From NCBI GenBank assembly GCA_964016885.1, contig OZ024740.1, forward strand, positions 320,788,001 to 320,852,000: a stretch of 64,000 bases of DNA. The letters are read 5' to 3'. The position numbers and the translations under genes are program-made. Below are positions 11,066-23,429 of the stretch, one piece after another. Origin of the DNA: Eledone cirrhosa (Eukaryota). Below the pieces are notes generated by a model. It saw nothing but the letters and a program-made list of their open reading frames with translations, ran no database searches and was not told the origin of the DNA. The number at the start of each line of letters is the position of its first letter. The stretch's first letter is position 1.

Positions 11066-14000
11066 AAATTGTCAAGAAGGCTGAAGGTGTCTTAGCATCA
11101 CTCAGCAAGACCTTTGTCAGCCGCTCTCCAGGTATCTATTTAAAGCTGTATATAGCTATGGTGCAGCCACACTTAGAATTTGCATCACCAGTCTGGAACA
11201 CATCTTGCTCAGAACATTGACTGCCTGGAAACTGTTCAGAGACGTGCAACCAAGCAAATACCCTCCATCAGGCATCTACCATACTCTGAACGCCTTGCTT
11301 CCCTGGGCATGGATACATTGAAGCTCCAACATCTGGCAACTGACTTGGTAAACACCCACAAAATTATTAACCATCTAGCCAACAACAACCCTGAGTACCT
11401 TTTTGATTTCCATGTGTCTAACACACGTGGGCATGCCCACAAAGTCAGAAAGCAGCACATCTCCCATCAATATAATACAGTCTAGACTGTGCTGGTATAG
11501 CCATGTGATGCACATGGAGGATGATTATTGCATCAAGGGTTACCAGGAGCTCCCAGTGAAAGGAAGCTGCAGTTGATGAGGATCACCAAGAGCTCCCAGT
11601 GGAAAGAAGCTGCAGTTGATGAGGGCCACCAAGAGCTTCCAGTGGAAAGAAGCTGCTGTTGATGAAGGCCACCAGGAACTCCCAGTTGAAGGAAGCTGTA
11701 GTTGATGAAGGCCAAGGAAAACCTGAGCAGAAGTAATGAGAGCAAATCTCAAAATACTGAACCTTTCAGAGAAGATGATAAAGGAACACAACATATGGAG
11801 AGAGGCTGTGCTAGAAACGACCCATCAAACCCATGCAAGCGTGGAAAAACAGATGTAAAAGTTTCTGTTGACACTTGTGATGTGCGGCCGATTGTCAGAC
11901 TTGGTAGTGAATTGATGGTCGTTTTTGTTTTTTGTTCCCCTCCCACCTTTTTTGTCACTCTGATCATATATTTTGGTGTGTTAAATTTGTGAGGCTCCTA
12001 GCAATAGTTAATTATATTTATTATTATATATGAATTGGCAGTATCGGTAGAGGGTCGGATGCCATGCTTTGACGCATAGAGTTACGGCCCTTGCCATTCT
12101 GAGTTCAAATGCCCCCAAGGTTAACTTTGCCTTTCATCCTTACGGGGTCGATAAAATAAAGTACCAGTAATGTACTGGTTAATTGCTGGCCTTGTGCCAA
12201 TAGTAGAAACAATTATTATATATGTTTATAAGGGCAGTGGATTAGCAGTGTCGATAGAGAGTCGGACACCATGCTTTGCAGCATAGAGTTACGGCCCTTT
12301 ATGATCTGAGTTCAAATCCCACCGAGGTTAACTTGAGATTAACATCCTCAAGGGGTCGATAAAATAAAGCACCAGTAACGTACTGGGGTCGATTTAATCG
12401 ATTTTCCTCTCCCCCTAAATTACTGGCCTTGTGCCTATACTAGAAATTATTATTATATGTGTTTATAGGGTGGTGGATTTGGATTGACAATATCAGTAAA
12501 ATAATAATAATGAAATTATTGTGTACAGTGCTCAGGTGCACTACAACTCATCAAAGGTGCATGTATAGTACATGGAATAATATATAAATGTCATGGAAGA
12601 AAGCGTCAGACACCTTGCTTTTCAGCATAGAGTTATGGTCCTTTATGTTCTAATCCTGCCACGGTTAGTTTTGCTTACAGGGTCGATAAAATAAAGCATC
12701 AGTAAAACAATGGGGCCAATTTAATTGACTTTTCCCTATCCCAAAAATTGTTGGCCTTGTGCCAAAAGTAGAAACAATTATTATATGTGTTTATATTTTT
12801 ATTCTGAAAGAATTGAGAAGAATTTGTAACTGTGAATACAAAATATATTTTAAGATAAAAAGTTTAAGGTAAAAGATGATGGTGCTGTAATACAATCAAT
12901 TATTCTGCTAATGATTTTTTTGTTGTTCTTTTCAGATTTTGAAATATGTTGAAGCGATCATTGGGCCTAACATAATGGCAATGCACACTATGTTTATCAA
13001 TAAACCACCTGATTCAGGTATAGCTCATTAAACACTTCTCCATTTAACTGCCAACAAGCAATTCTCACAGCCTTCTTCTATCATATCCATTTTTCCTGTT
13101 TTACATGTATTTATTATGGCTGGAATGATTTTTACAGATACTAATATTTTTGCATTGATGTAGACTGTAGCCACATAATCCTTCACAGTAACTATTCTAA
13201 AAATAATACTAATTCTAACTCTAACCGCAACCTTAATTTTAAATCTCACACACTCAACTTTCTACATTTTTCTACACTTCTACCTTCACCTAAACAAACA
13301 ATAAAACACAAAACGTACACCATTTTTAAACAAGTTTTATCTTGTTTATTGTATTTTATTACATTCTAGCTTCTCCCTCTCCCCTGCCTATAGTTTACTC
13401 TTCTTACCTTACACAATTATTAAGTCCATAGGGCAGTGAGTTAACAGTATTGGTAGAATGACGGACACCATGCTTTATGGCATAGAATTACAGTCCTTTA
13501 CATTCTGAGTTCAAATCCCGCTAAGGTTAGCTTTGACTTTCATCCTTATAGGGGCGATGAAATAAAGTACCATTAATGCACTGAGGTCAATTTAATCAAC
13601 TTTCCCCTTCCCCACAAATTGTTAGTCTTGTGTAAATCAGAATCCAATATTGAAACAGTCCACAATATTAAACCTGTTGGGAGTAGATAATACCTGATAA
13701 TGATTATTTTAATTCTAGGTTTGAAAACAACAAGACATCCAATGCACCAAGATCTGCATTATTTCCCATTCAGACCTGCTGAGAAAATTGTTTGTTCTTG
13801 GACTCCAATTGTAAAGGTGAACAGGGAGAATGGATGTTTAGTTGTTATTCCAGGTTCACACACAAGGCTTTTGCAACCTCATGGCTATCCAAATTGGGAG
13901 GTAGACTCTTTTTATTTTATTTTTTTTTACTTTTCCCTTTATTCAATTTGAAATACTTTTATTTATTAGACAATCTAGATAAAGAAAGAGGCAGGACATT

Positions 14001-17000
14001 GCTCATAGCTTTTTAGATTCTTCTAGATTTGGAGCTAAAAATAACTATATGATTTTATTTGAGACAATGTTCAGCTTAATGGTTGGAGGGAAAACAGAAG
14101 AGGTGTTTTAGAGGGATGTATTCTATAGTAGTGGTACATAGTCAACATGTTCAGAAAAATAGAGATTTTTTTGTAGAAAAATCCACTACAATCTGTGACT
14201 TCAGTTTAATAAACTGACATTAAAAAAAAAGTGAATTGAGAATATGAGACTGGGTATCCAAAGATGGATTGAGAATTTAAAGATTTAAAGAATGAACTAT
14301 CCTTTAGCATTTGACATCACGGCATTGGAATATTTAGTTTCATTCCATCATAGAACTATTTGGTAGCCAAATATTTGGTTGTAATAATAGTATAAGATGA
14401 TAATTTTACTGATTGTCTTCTTTTTTTTACTGTTTAACCCTTTAGCATCTACATTACTCTATATTTACTATCATATTTTCATGGTAAAGGCTTTACCTCA
14501 CATAATTATTTCACATATCAGATCTATGAAATTTTGAGAACAATACTTTAACATCAGTATAAGTGGCTAGTTACAGCCGGTTTGAACAGAAAGAGGTGAG
14601 GGAATTCTGGCCAGATATGGCTGGTTTAAATGCTAAAGGGTTAACTAAAGGACTAAAAGTAAGATGTGTTTGTTTATATGCATGTTAAATCCTCTGTCAG
14701 TGGCAAAAAAATATGCTTCTGTTGGGATTTAAGCATATAAACCTTAGTTACTTTGTTAATTTAATCTTTTCATCGCCCAACTAAGTGCTTATGTTAATGT
14801 TAAATTATTCATTTTTTTAAAAACTCTTTTGAACTAGAATGGAGTGAACAAACTGTATCATGGTATTTTGGATTATAAAGTAGAAGATAGCAAAATACAC
14901 TTAGAAATGGAGCCAGGGGACACTGTGTTCTTTCATCCATTACTCTTTCATGGCTCCGGACAAAATAGAACAAACATTTTTAGAAAGGTACAGTTTATTG
15001 TTTACTATTGCTATTATTTCCTCTCTCGATGGATTGGCAGTATCGGTAGAGCGTTGGACAACATGCTTTGCAGCTCAGAGTTACAGCCCTTTATGTTCTG
15101 CATTCAAGTCCTGCCAAGGTTAGCTTTGCCTTACGGGGTCCAAAAATTCTCCTCCAAAATTGCTGGCCTTGTGCCTAAAGTAGAAACAATTATTTCTTTT
15201 CCCAGCACCCCAAAGTTTTGATCTGAAGCTAAGTGACAACAATAAGCCCACTCATTTTTAACCCAGTCTTATGTCAACTATTATCTTTACATTGTCATTT
15301 ATGAATAAATACTTTTTTCATGCAGCTACTCCCTCTGGTATACATTCTTCAAACTCCTACTCTTAATATTACTGTATTTTTTTAGAAAATGTTTATACAT
15401 GTGTATACTGACACACATACCAAAATAATTATTTCTACTTTAGTTACAAGGCCAGCAATTTGAAGGGGAGGAGAAGAGTCAATTAAATCGACCCCAGTGC
15501 ATTACTGGTGCTTTATTTTATCTACCCTGTAAAGATGAAAGGCAAAGCTATCCCCATATCAAAATAATACAAATTATTTTTCATTTCTCTCTAATTTACG
15601 TTTGTTAAAATACTTTTGTAAAATTGGAATTATCTCCCCTTCTCTTGGAGAATTGCTAACAAGTATTGCTAAGTTTTAACCTTTATTCAATAGAAACATC
15701 AATTAATTGAGAATTTTTTGTCTCCATCACTCAAAACATCACCCCTTAACTTATTTATCTATTTCAGATTACCCAAGCAAAATAATGAAAGTAATGTGTA
15801 TTTAATAATGAAATAATTAGTATAATACTGTTTAACTTTTTGAAAATTTTAAATACTGTTGTTTCATTTTTTTAAGGATAAAATGTTATTTCAAGTGCAA
15901 ACAAAATGTTTATACACTTTAAATACAAATTGTTATCACACACATTTAAAGATAAACTTACACATATAACGACACTAATACACACACACCCTACTTTGTG
16001 TTCCAACTCGTTACCAAGACTACCTAACAGTTATTTTGTTTTCATTCTTCGTTTTCGATGTTTTGGTCTTTACTTGGACCTTTTTTCTGTTTCTCCTTTG
16101 TGATCCTATCTCTATTTTGTACTCCTGAAGAAAGGCTTAAGCCTGACACGTCGAACTTTCTTTCCTCTTTCCAATATAAAGCGTGAAACTAATAAGATTT
16201 TTGTACCTCTGTTGATTGTCTCCTTGAACTATATATATCATCATCATCAGGTTTAGCGTCCGTGTTCCACGCTTGCATATATATATATACCAAAATGCAA
16301 TAACGGAGTCAGAAACTCACATTAGTCCCTGTAATTCATGGGCTCAAATATAATATAGAGAAGAAAACACACTAGAGAGAGTGTGTGTTTATCAAGTTAC
16401 ACATGTTGCAAGCAGTTACTTTAAGTTCTCCTAGAGTCGTTTGGAATATATTCACTTACCACACGCTGATGAACCTGGGTGAGTTCAATCCAAAGACTAA
16501 TTTTCTAGTGAAACAATTTTTCTGAGTTTGTATGTGTGTGATATATAATTATAAAGGTGGGTTTCATCATTCTAATTTATATTTTTAATTATAATGTATC
16601 TGCCTCACCTTTCTTAGTTTATAGGTTTCATACGCTAGTGGTATTCCCTATAACTTGATAAATACACACTCCCTCTAGTGTGTTTTCTTCTCTATATTAT
16701 ATATAAATATATATATATATATATAAAGCATGGTAATTATCCATTTAATTCTAGTGATTATTACATTTTTTGGAGCCAGAAACAGCAGCTATCTGGACAT
16801 GTATTAGAACTGTATATTACTAATATAAAGTAAGAAATATTTCATTGTTCTAACTGATTATATGTTCTATATGTTTTTTTGTACAAGATATCTAAATTGT
16901 TGTACCAATAACAATATCTTGTGAGTTCCTCTGTTCGGAAATTTTAGCATCTTGAGGGGATATTGGTCAGCAAGTTGATATAAATATTTTATATACCTAT

Positions 17001-20000
17001 ATTTTCATTAAATTCACTTCCATGTTAAAATACAAAGGTTGAGTGCTTCATGGATGAAAGAGCTTTGACAAAATAACTAATAATAAATCTGAAGTAAAAG
17101 TCAATTGTGTGTGTTTTTATTGGCAAAATTGGCAACATGACCATCTCCAAACATAACAGTATCTGTTTCAGTACAAGATTTAACACAAGGCTACAAATAT
17201 AGTGAGTATGAGCTATAATCAAACAATAGTAATAAGCATTTTCTGTTTCCTTAACAGTCCATCAGTTGCCATTATGCCAACTCCTGCTGCAACTACATAG
17301 ACACTAACGGTACAACACATGAGAACATTGCAAAGGAGATAACTGATCTTGCCAAGCAGAAAATCACAAAATTATTTGGTGAAAGAGAAAACATTGATAA
17401 GGAAATTTCTTTGCAGGTATGTAGTATTTGTCATTATTGTGAGAACTAGATGGAATCAGAAGTGCAAGAAAATTTTGAGCAGGCGGGTATGGAAGCTAAA
17501 GGATCTCTCTGTTAATTATCGGTTCAGAAAAATATAGGTTTCATCATGATCCATATGATGAGAGGGAGAAGTTAGATGCATATGACATAGAGAACAATTG
17601 GAAGTTTCTACATGACAACCTACTGCAGGCTACTGATGAGATCTGTGACTGGAGCAAGTTACCAGACAGATGAAAGATGATTTGATGGTAGAATAGTACT
17701 GTAAATAGAGCCATTAAAGCTAAGATATAGGCATAGAAGAAGTAGCTAAAAGAGAAGCTAGATAATAGGTTTACATTGCACACAGAGAGCTGAAAGCTAG
17801 CAGTTTGCCAATATTCAACAATGTGGGATCAGGGGCATGAGGTTTCAATTAATTGCAAAGTAGTGTGTCAATGTGAATCAAGATGTGTTTGGAATGACTC
17901 TGCTACACTTAGCCTCACTGACATTCAGAAGAAAGATGCCTGGAAATATTATGAATGTGGAGAATGAGTAGTGATCAGTTGACAGCTCAATCCCTCTTTT
18001 AATACGAACATCCAGCACAGAATAGAAGAGATCAGAGACAATAACAAAATCAATTATTGATCTCTGTCCCTGATTCCCCTTTTACAATATATATTTATGG
18101 ATATCTTTGTGCTGGAAGGGAGTTCATAATAATGAGTCCATTACTAGAAAAGAGTCTAGTAAGCCCTCACCATTTGTATTTAGATCAAGATTCTTTCCAT
18201 GTCAAATAGTCAGTGCCAACATGTACATTGAAGTCTCCCATTAGGATATATGACTTAGTGTTCACTACATCTAACACTGTAGTGACTTCATGAAGGAAGG
18301 ATCAGTATTCAAACTCTTTGTTTGGCACATAAACTTGCACCACCCAGAGAGACCTTTCTTCAACCAAAGCTTCAAGAGGTAAATCCCCACTCCTAATGGT
18401 ATTCAGTCCATAACACATTCTGACAGTAGAGGGCTTGTGAGTATCCCTACTCATGTCTGTGCTGTTTTTCTGGCGCAATATGTGAATAGTGGAGTTTCCA
18501 TCCTCCATCCAAATCTACAGTACCAGAGCCATGGAACTTTGTTGAAGAAACCCTGACTATATATATAGCTGGTAGCATCTGGCCTCCTTCACTAGTTCCT
18601 GCTCCTTGCCTGTAAGGGTTGTAATGTTCCAGTTACCAATTGTCAAGGTTTTCTCCCTTCCGGAACCTCTTTAGGGTTTCGGAATATGTAATCTTTGTAC
18701 ATCCATCCCATACCTCCCAGGACAGTTGTAGGCCCATCATCAGTTCTTGCAGTGTCGTGTGGAGACAGTAATATAATCTTTTCACAGGTCTCTCTACCTA
18801 AGACCTGAATGCGTCCTTTGTTATCCTGCATGATGAATAATGTGGTATGGATGTCTTTACTGTTTCTGGCCATATTGCAGTGTTTTGGTTGACTTATTTG
18901 CACCAGTCACCAATTAGTACTTTTCTCAAACTCACAAAGATTAGTCATTTTTAGAGGTGGCTTTTACTCACCTTGTCGAAACTACATCACTAGTTTGTGA
19001 TAATTTTCTTGAGAGTTAATAGTGTCACCCATTGTTTCATCTCTGCTAATAGTTTACCGATGTTGGTCCAGTGTTACTTATTCATCCGGCAGTAGCCCAC
19101 TTATATTGCAACTAACCATCATACCTGGTGGCCATATTGATATCTGCCACTTGTGACCCATTCTCTGGCAGAACAGCTCTTGCAACCTGAGACTACCTAA
19201 AATCAAGAAAGCCCACAAAACTTTCAGGTCTAGTTTGGCCTATAAGATAAAGTGGGAAGTGCTGGCAGATAAAGAAGTCAAGAACAAGTATGTGGATACT
19301 ATTGCATCCAAATTCAGAGAACTCCCTGACCAAACTGACATTGAAATGGAGTGAAGACTGTTCAGCTTGTCAGTTTCTACTTCAACTGTTAAATGCTGCA
19401 GCCCAAAGCAGCTTGGTGTGGTGCCAGGTGGCAGGAAGACCCCATGGTTCAATCAAGAGGTCCAAGATGCCATCTGAGCAAAGAAGGAGGCTTATAAAGC
19501 TTGGCTTGGAAATAAGTCTTCCTTCTTCCATTTGAGGTACAAGTAGATGCAAAAAAGTCACAGCAGTGATAGTAAAGGCATCTAAAGTTAAGACATGAGA
19601 GGAATTTGGAGTTAAGTTGGAATCCAACTTCAGATCAGCAAATAAAGTGTTCTGGCAGACCATCTGCCGACTTCATAATAAGAAGTTCCCCTCCACACCT
19701 GTTATCAGGAACATATCTGGAGTTCTCTTCTCTTCAGAGAAAATGATTTGGTAGAAAATATCTGAAAAACAGCTTTGTTAATTCAAATGTTTATAGTCAC
19801 ATTTCTAGTAGATTGATCATTGGAACAAATTTCCATAAACTAGAGAAAGGTGATTAATTTCTAATGATGCTGTTTTGATCTTTTCAAGAATGTCTTGCAT
19901 ATGCAGTTTCATGTATTACAGAATGTTAAAAGTTAATACCATTATCTGATCCTTTAGGCCAAGTCTCTGGTCTGAAGATAACTTCATTCCTTTCTTTTAC

Positions 20001-21992
20001 CAATCATGGGCCCTGAAAAAGGACATGGGTGTCTTACTTCCTCTGACTTAGTCATTCAGAAAAAAATAAACACAACATACAACAATGGGAATCTCTCCTG
20101 ACAAAAGAAAGATGTTTTCTTTGAGGTGGATGCTCTGTGACTGATGAACTTAACATGGAATAGAGTTCTTGAACATAACAATTATCTTCATGCACCTCAA
20201 AATTAGAAACGGTGCCTATATTCAATGACAAGCCATATTGTGATAACAAATAGAATTTGGTCTGATGTTGTACCAGATTTATTTGTTACTTACCAAAGCT
20301 GCTTGTCCATGGGTTTAATTTGCATTTCATCTCTTTGATTTAAAATTTTCTATCAAACTGTTCTGTGGCAGTACACAGGTGTTCTTCACACTTTGGTTAT
20401 TCCCCTTCCATCTGTCTTCCTTCTAAATATGAATGACTTTTTTTTATTTCTTCTAACCCATTATAACCTCTAAGTAGAGGATACCACTTTACAATTTCTA
20501 TATGGTAGTCTTAAAAAATAGATGACAACAGTAACATTAAAAACTCTAAGTAAAAATACATACATTCTTAAATCTGAGAGGTAATTATCTTCAACATCCC
20601 ACCCCAAGCACCTCACCCACCTAAATCCCCAGTCTACTGGTGACACAACAATGAGCACCCAGCCCACACTGTAAAAGTGGTTGTGTTGGTGACATGACAA
20701 AAAGCACCCAGTCCACACTGTAAAGTGGTTGTGTTGGTGACATGACAAAAAGCACCCAGCCCACATTGTAAAGTGGTTGTGTTGGTGACATGACAAAAAG
20801 CACCCAGTCCACACTGTAAAGTGGTTGATGTAGGTGTCACAACAAAAAGCACCCAGTATGCACTGTAAAGTGGTCGTGTTAGTGACATGACAAAAAGCAC
20901 CCAGTACTCATTGTAAAGTGGTCATGTTGGTGACATGACAAAACCACCCACTCCAAACTGTAAAGTAGCCATGTAGATGCCACAACAAAAAGCACCCAGC
21001 ACACACTGTAAATGTGGTTGGCATAAGGAAGTAGAAACCAATCCCAAATCAGTTCTGTGAGAGCAAAACATGGTCATCCAACTTGGCTTGTTTCTCAACG
21101 GAACAGCTCACCTAACCCATGCTAGTGTGGAAAATAGACGTTAAACGATGATGATGTAGTTGTAGTGCACCTGAGCCCTGTACACAATAATTTCATTATT
21201 ATTATTATGATGAATATTCGCATGTTCTTGCTTTTTCTGTATGACAAACTAATTATTCATTTTTTTCCAACTTACTGAATAATGAACAAAACCTTCCAAC
21301 TAGGTCAGACTAATTATTGCATATGCCACTTGACAGTTTACAATGAATTGAAAAGATGAGTTTGCTTGCCTAAAAAATTATTAAAGAGAAACTCCAGTGC
21401 TCCTTATTGTGTTGTGTGATTGTGTGTATGGGTCTTTTCCCACTTTTTTATTTTTTATTTTCTTCTTTATATATATATGTATATATAATGTTTTATATAA
21501 ATTGTGTTTATATACTAATTTATAAAATGTACTATTGTATAAGATGTACTATTGTTGTCATTGAAAAATGTATTTAAATGTATATATGTTTACAATGTTT
21601 GTATTATTAAAATTCAAAAAGTCTTTGGACAAATCCCAGATAAACCTCTTACACCTGGAAATGCCTCTGTAAACAATAACTCTCTACTTGAATGGGCCAT
21701 GGTGTCTAAATCCTGATTTGAAAGACTTTGCCAGGTGGTACTATTAAGTTAGACATGGCATGGGCCAATACTAACCGAAACCTATCAAAATTATCCAAGT
21801 TATCATACATATAACACTACATTTGAAACATATTCTCTATTTGTATGTATCTGCATAAACATAAACACACAATATATTTGAATAACTGTTTTTCTATTAT
21901 TTGTTACTTACTTCACCTTTTTTTAATTTATATTTCAGGAAACCTGGGCGATAAGGGGTCGGTTGGTGAAAGGAGTACATGCCAACTTGTAA
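8434..21992 (+). CDS. PHYH: Phytanoyl-CoA dioxygenase, peroxisomal (spliced, 7 coding exons, 313 aa)
   Basis: join(8434-8579,10363-10531,12936-13017,13719-13900,14838-14987,17258-17416,21939-21992) = 942 nt, all GT-AG and in phase. Motifs [44 protein letters not shown] (HxD), [25 protein letters not shown]. Confidence 0.95.
8760..9075 (-). mobile_element. Tx1/L1-type LINE ORF2 fragment
   Basis: [23 protein letters not shown] parallels LVRWSICCQHRLRGGLGMPWLIM in the Tx1-like RT fragment at 32715-33480. Confidence 0.6.
9155..9205 (+). ncRNA. Decayed Penelope-type minimal hammerhead ribozyme motif
   Basis: GCAT-CTGATGA-(ACATG/CATGT stem II)-GAAA-TATATA-TC-ATGC, followed by AATAAA. Confidence 0.5.
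9590..9965. repeat. (TA)n/(TACA)n microsatellite tract
   Basis: Direct inspection. Confidence 0.95.
9970..10130 (+). mobile_element. SINE family B 3' part
   Basis: ttaggaagggcttccagctgtaaaa...ctaacccatgctagcatggaaaa...(gat)n. Confidence 0.75.
10363..10531 (+). CDS. PHYH: PHYH coding exon 2
   Basis: ttctccag acceptor; [11 protein letters not shown]...[19 protein letters not shown]; donor gtaatg. Confidence 0.93.
11065..11468 (+). mobile_element. CR1 fragment, same family as 1-1793
   Basis: High similarity to 1093-1498. Confidence 0.88.
11480..11870 (+). mobile_element. RTE LINE 3' end with 4 x 43-bp internal tandem repeat
   Basis: [15 protein letters not shown]...PRKT remnants; repeat units start at 11541, 11584, 11627 and 11670. 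Confidence 0.75.
12033..12785 (+). mobile_element. Cluster of three SINE family A copies plus an inverted CR1 3' end (12500-12590)
   Basis: Core and tail repeated at 12033-12215, 12231-12450 and 12598-12785. Confidence 0.85.
12936..13017 (+). CDS. PHYH: PHYH coding exon 3
   Basis: ttttcag acceptor; [27 protein letters not shown]; donor gtatag. Confidence 0.95.
13430..13640 (+). mobile_element. SINE family A
   Basis: A/B boxes and core. Confidence 0.8.
13719..13900 (+). CDS. PHYH: PHYH coding exon 4 (HxD iron-binding motif)
   Basis: [29 protein letters not shown]...[10 protein letters not shown]...HGYPNWE; ttctag acceptor, gtagac donor. Confidence 0.96.
14438..14640. mobile_element. piggyBac-type MITE
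   Basis: TTAA-CCCTTTAGCAT...ATGCTAAAGGG-TTAA. Confidence 0.85.
14838..14987 (+). CDS. PHYH: PHYH coding exon 5
   Basis: [13 protein letters not shown]...[27 protein letters not shown]; actag acceptor, gtacag donor. Confidence 0.95.
15030..15195 (+). mobile_element. SINE family A, internally deleted
   Basis: Head and tail match 2782-2975. Confidence 0.7.
15428..15550 (-). mobile_element. SINE family A 3' half
   Basis: Reverse complement of core and tail. Confidence 0.7.
15960..16240 (+). mobile_element. Penelope-like element terminus with decayed hammerhead motif (16121-16156)
   Basis: CTGAAGA-A-AGGC-TTAA-GCCT-GACA-CG-TC in a T-rich context ending at (TA)n. Confidence 0.45.
16348..16702. 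repeat. 52-bp inverted repeat pair enclosing a hammerhead-like remnant
   Basis: 16348-16399 vs 16651-16702, 2 mismatches; CTGATGA at 16466 and GAAA at 16510. Confidence 0.75.
17258..17416 (+). CDS. PHYH: PHYH coding exon 6
   Basis: ttaacag acceptor; [28 protein letters not shown]...ISLQ; donor gtatgt. Confidence 0.93.
17430..17990 (+). mobile_element. Degenerate RTE LINE fragment
   Basis: RRVWKLKD and NWKFL remnants parallel 4950-5250. Confidence 0.65.
18010..18720 (-). mobile_element. Degenerate LINE endonuclease region (RTE-type)
   Basis: Minus strand gives [14 protein letters not shown] and [10 protein letters not shown] remnants. Confidence 0.6.
19100..19740 (+). mobile_element. Degenerate RTE-type LINE fragment
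   Basis: Endonuclease/linker remnants ([21 protein letters not shown]). Confidence 0.55.
20590..21156 (+). mobile_element. SINE family B with ~7.5 x 48-bp internal tandem units
   Basis: The agcaccca motif recurs at 20654, 20703, 20751, 20799, 20848, 20896, 20943 (variant) and 20991; family B tail with (GAT)n. Confidence 0.85.
21939..21992 (+). CDS. PHYH: PHYH last coding exon
   Basis: tatttcag acceptor; [20 protein letters not shown]. Confidence 0.9.
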   Translation, partial: ETWAIRGRLVKGVHANL

Positions 21993-22065
21993 TTGAATAT
22001 ACATATATTTGGTATTTGAAACCATGATATTGAAGATTTTCTGAGGGACACTTAAAGATAATTTT

Positions 22066-22071
22066 AATAAA
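22066..22071 (+). promoter_or_regulatory. Candidate PHYH polyadenylation signal
   Basis: First AATAAA, 74 nt after the stop, followed by a T-rich tract. Confidence 0.4.
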
Positions 22072-22233
22072 AGATCACTATTTTTTTTTTTACATCATTG
22101 TTTGGCCTGAACTGAAAAGAAAATGGTTAAAATATTTGTTATTTCAGTATTAATCCCCAAGAAAATACACATCAAACTATAGACAATTATTTGATTCTGA
22201 AATTATAGTTATAATAATTCATTGTTTGATTAA

Positions 22234-22454
22234 CCCTTTAGCATTTAAACCGGCCATATCTGGCCAGAATTCTCTCACCTCTTTCTGTTGAAACCAGCCA
22301 TAATTGGCCACTCATACTGATATTAAGGTATTGTTCTCAAAATGAATAATATCAAAATCTCATAGATTCACTATTGTGAGATAATTATGTGAGATAAAGC
22401 CTTAACTGTGAAAATACAATAGTATATATATAGAGTAATATAAATGTTAAAGGG
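22234..22454. mobile_element. piggyBac-type MITE (opposite orientation to 7938)
   Basis: TTAA-CCCTTTAGCATTTA...TAAAGGG-TTAA. Confidence 0.85.
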
Positions 22455-23429
22455 TTAACTGTTGGCATTGGTTATATACAATACTAATTAATGAATTAAA
22501 GTTGATGAAACTGAAACAAAAGGTCATGTTTGTGCACTGGTGACAGAAATATAACGTACATTGGTAAAATGATGGTAATATTCAAACAAATAATTAGATT
22601 TTTACCATACTGGGGATTGGATTATAACCTCCAAACACAAACACATCATTAATCTTTAGCATGCTGAATTATTTTATGAATTGCTTCCCTTGACACTGCA
22701 TTACATATTAAGGGGAGATTACTCTATAGCGACATAAGGCACCTAGAGCACGCAAAAGATTAATTTTGTTGATACAAATTACGTTTTTTTATTTTGTTGT
22801 TCAATAATAGTATATATTTTTTTATCGAAACAGTTTAATAAATTAATTAATGAGCTTTAAATAATTATTGATGTTTATTTCATTGTTTATATGAGAATAT
22901 TGCCTGTAGGTTGTTGTTGAATATATATTGAATGGTTAAGAGGTTCATTTTGTAATCATTAGGTCCTGTGTTCTATCCTACAGTGTGGCAATTGTCATTT
23001 ATCATAGCCTTGGGTTGATCCATGCCTTGCAAATGAAATTGAATAGACGGAAACTGTTTGGAAACCTGTTAGATGGACTGTACCTGTAGACAATGTGTCC
23101 TGCTGAATCTCCCTGAGAATTACGTTAAAGGTATACATGTCTGTGGAATGCTCAGCTATTTACATGTTAGTACCTATAATTCAAAGAAAAGGTCAGCCTT
23201 GTCACACACTCTGTCATGCTGAATCTCCCTGAGAATTGCGTTAAGGGTATACATGTCTATGGAATGTTCAGCCACTTATACATTAATTTCATGAGCTGGC
23301 TGTTCCATTGACTAAATAACTGAAACACTCGTTGTTGAAACTGATGGAGGTCCATTTAATACATTGAATCTTCACCTTACTTGCTGAAAGAATTTCTATG
23401 CTTCATTAATTAAATCTTAATGATGTTTT

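Noticed and set aside
20640-21020. Regularly spaced repeats superficially like a CRISPR array (also 11541-11712 and 26390-27350)
   Set aside because: Units are contiguous tandem repeats without unique spacers, the context is eukaryotic and there are no cas genes.
22670-22750. ~80-bp sequence inverted at 57715-57795
   Set aside because: Diverged copies 35 kb apart are best explained as an ordinary dispersed repeat, not the ends of one element.
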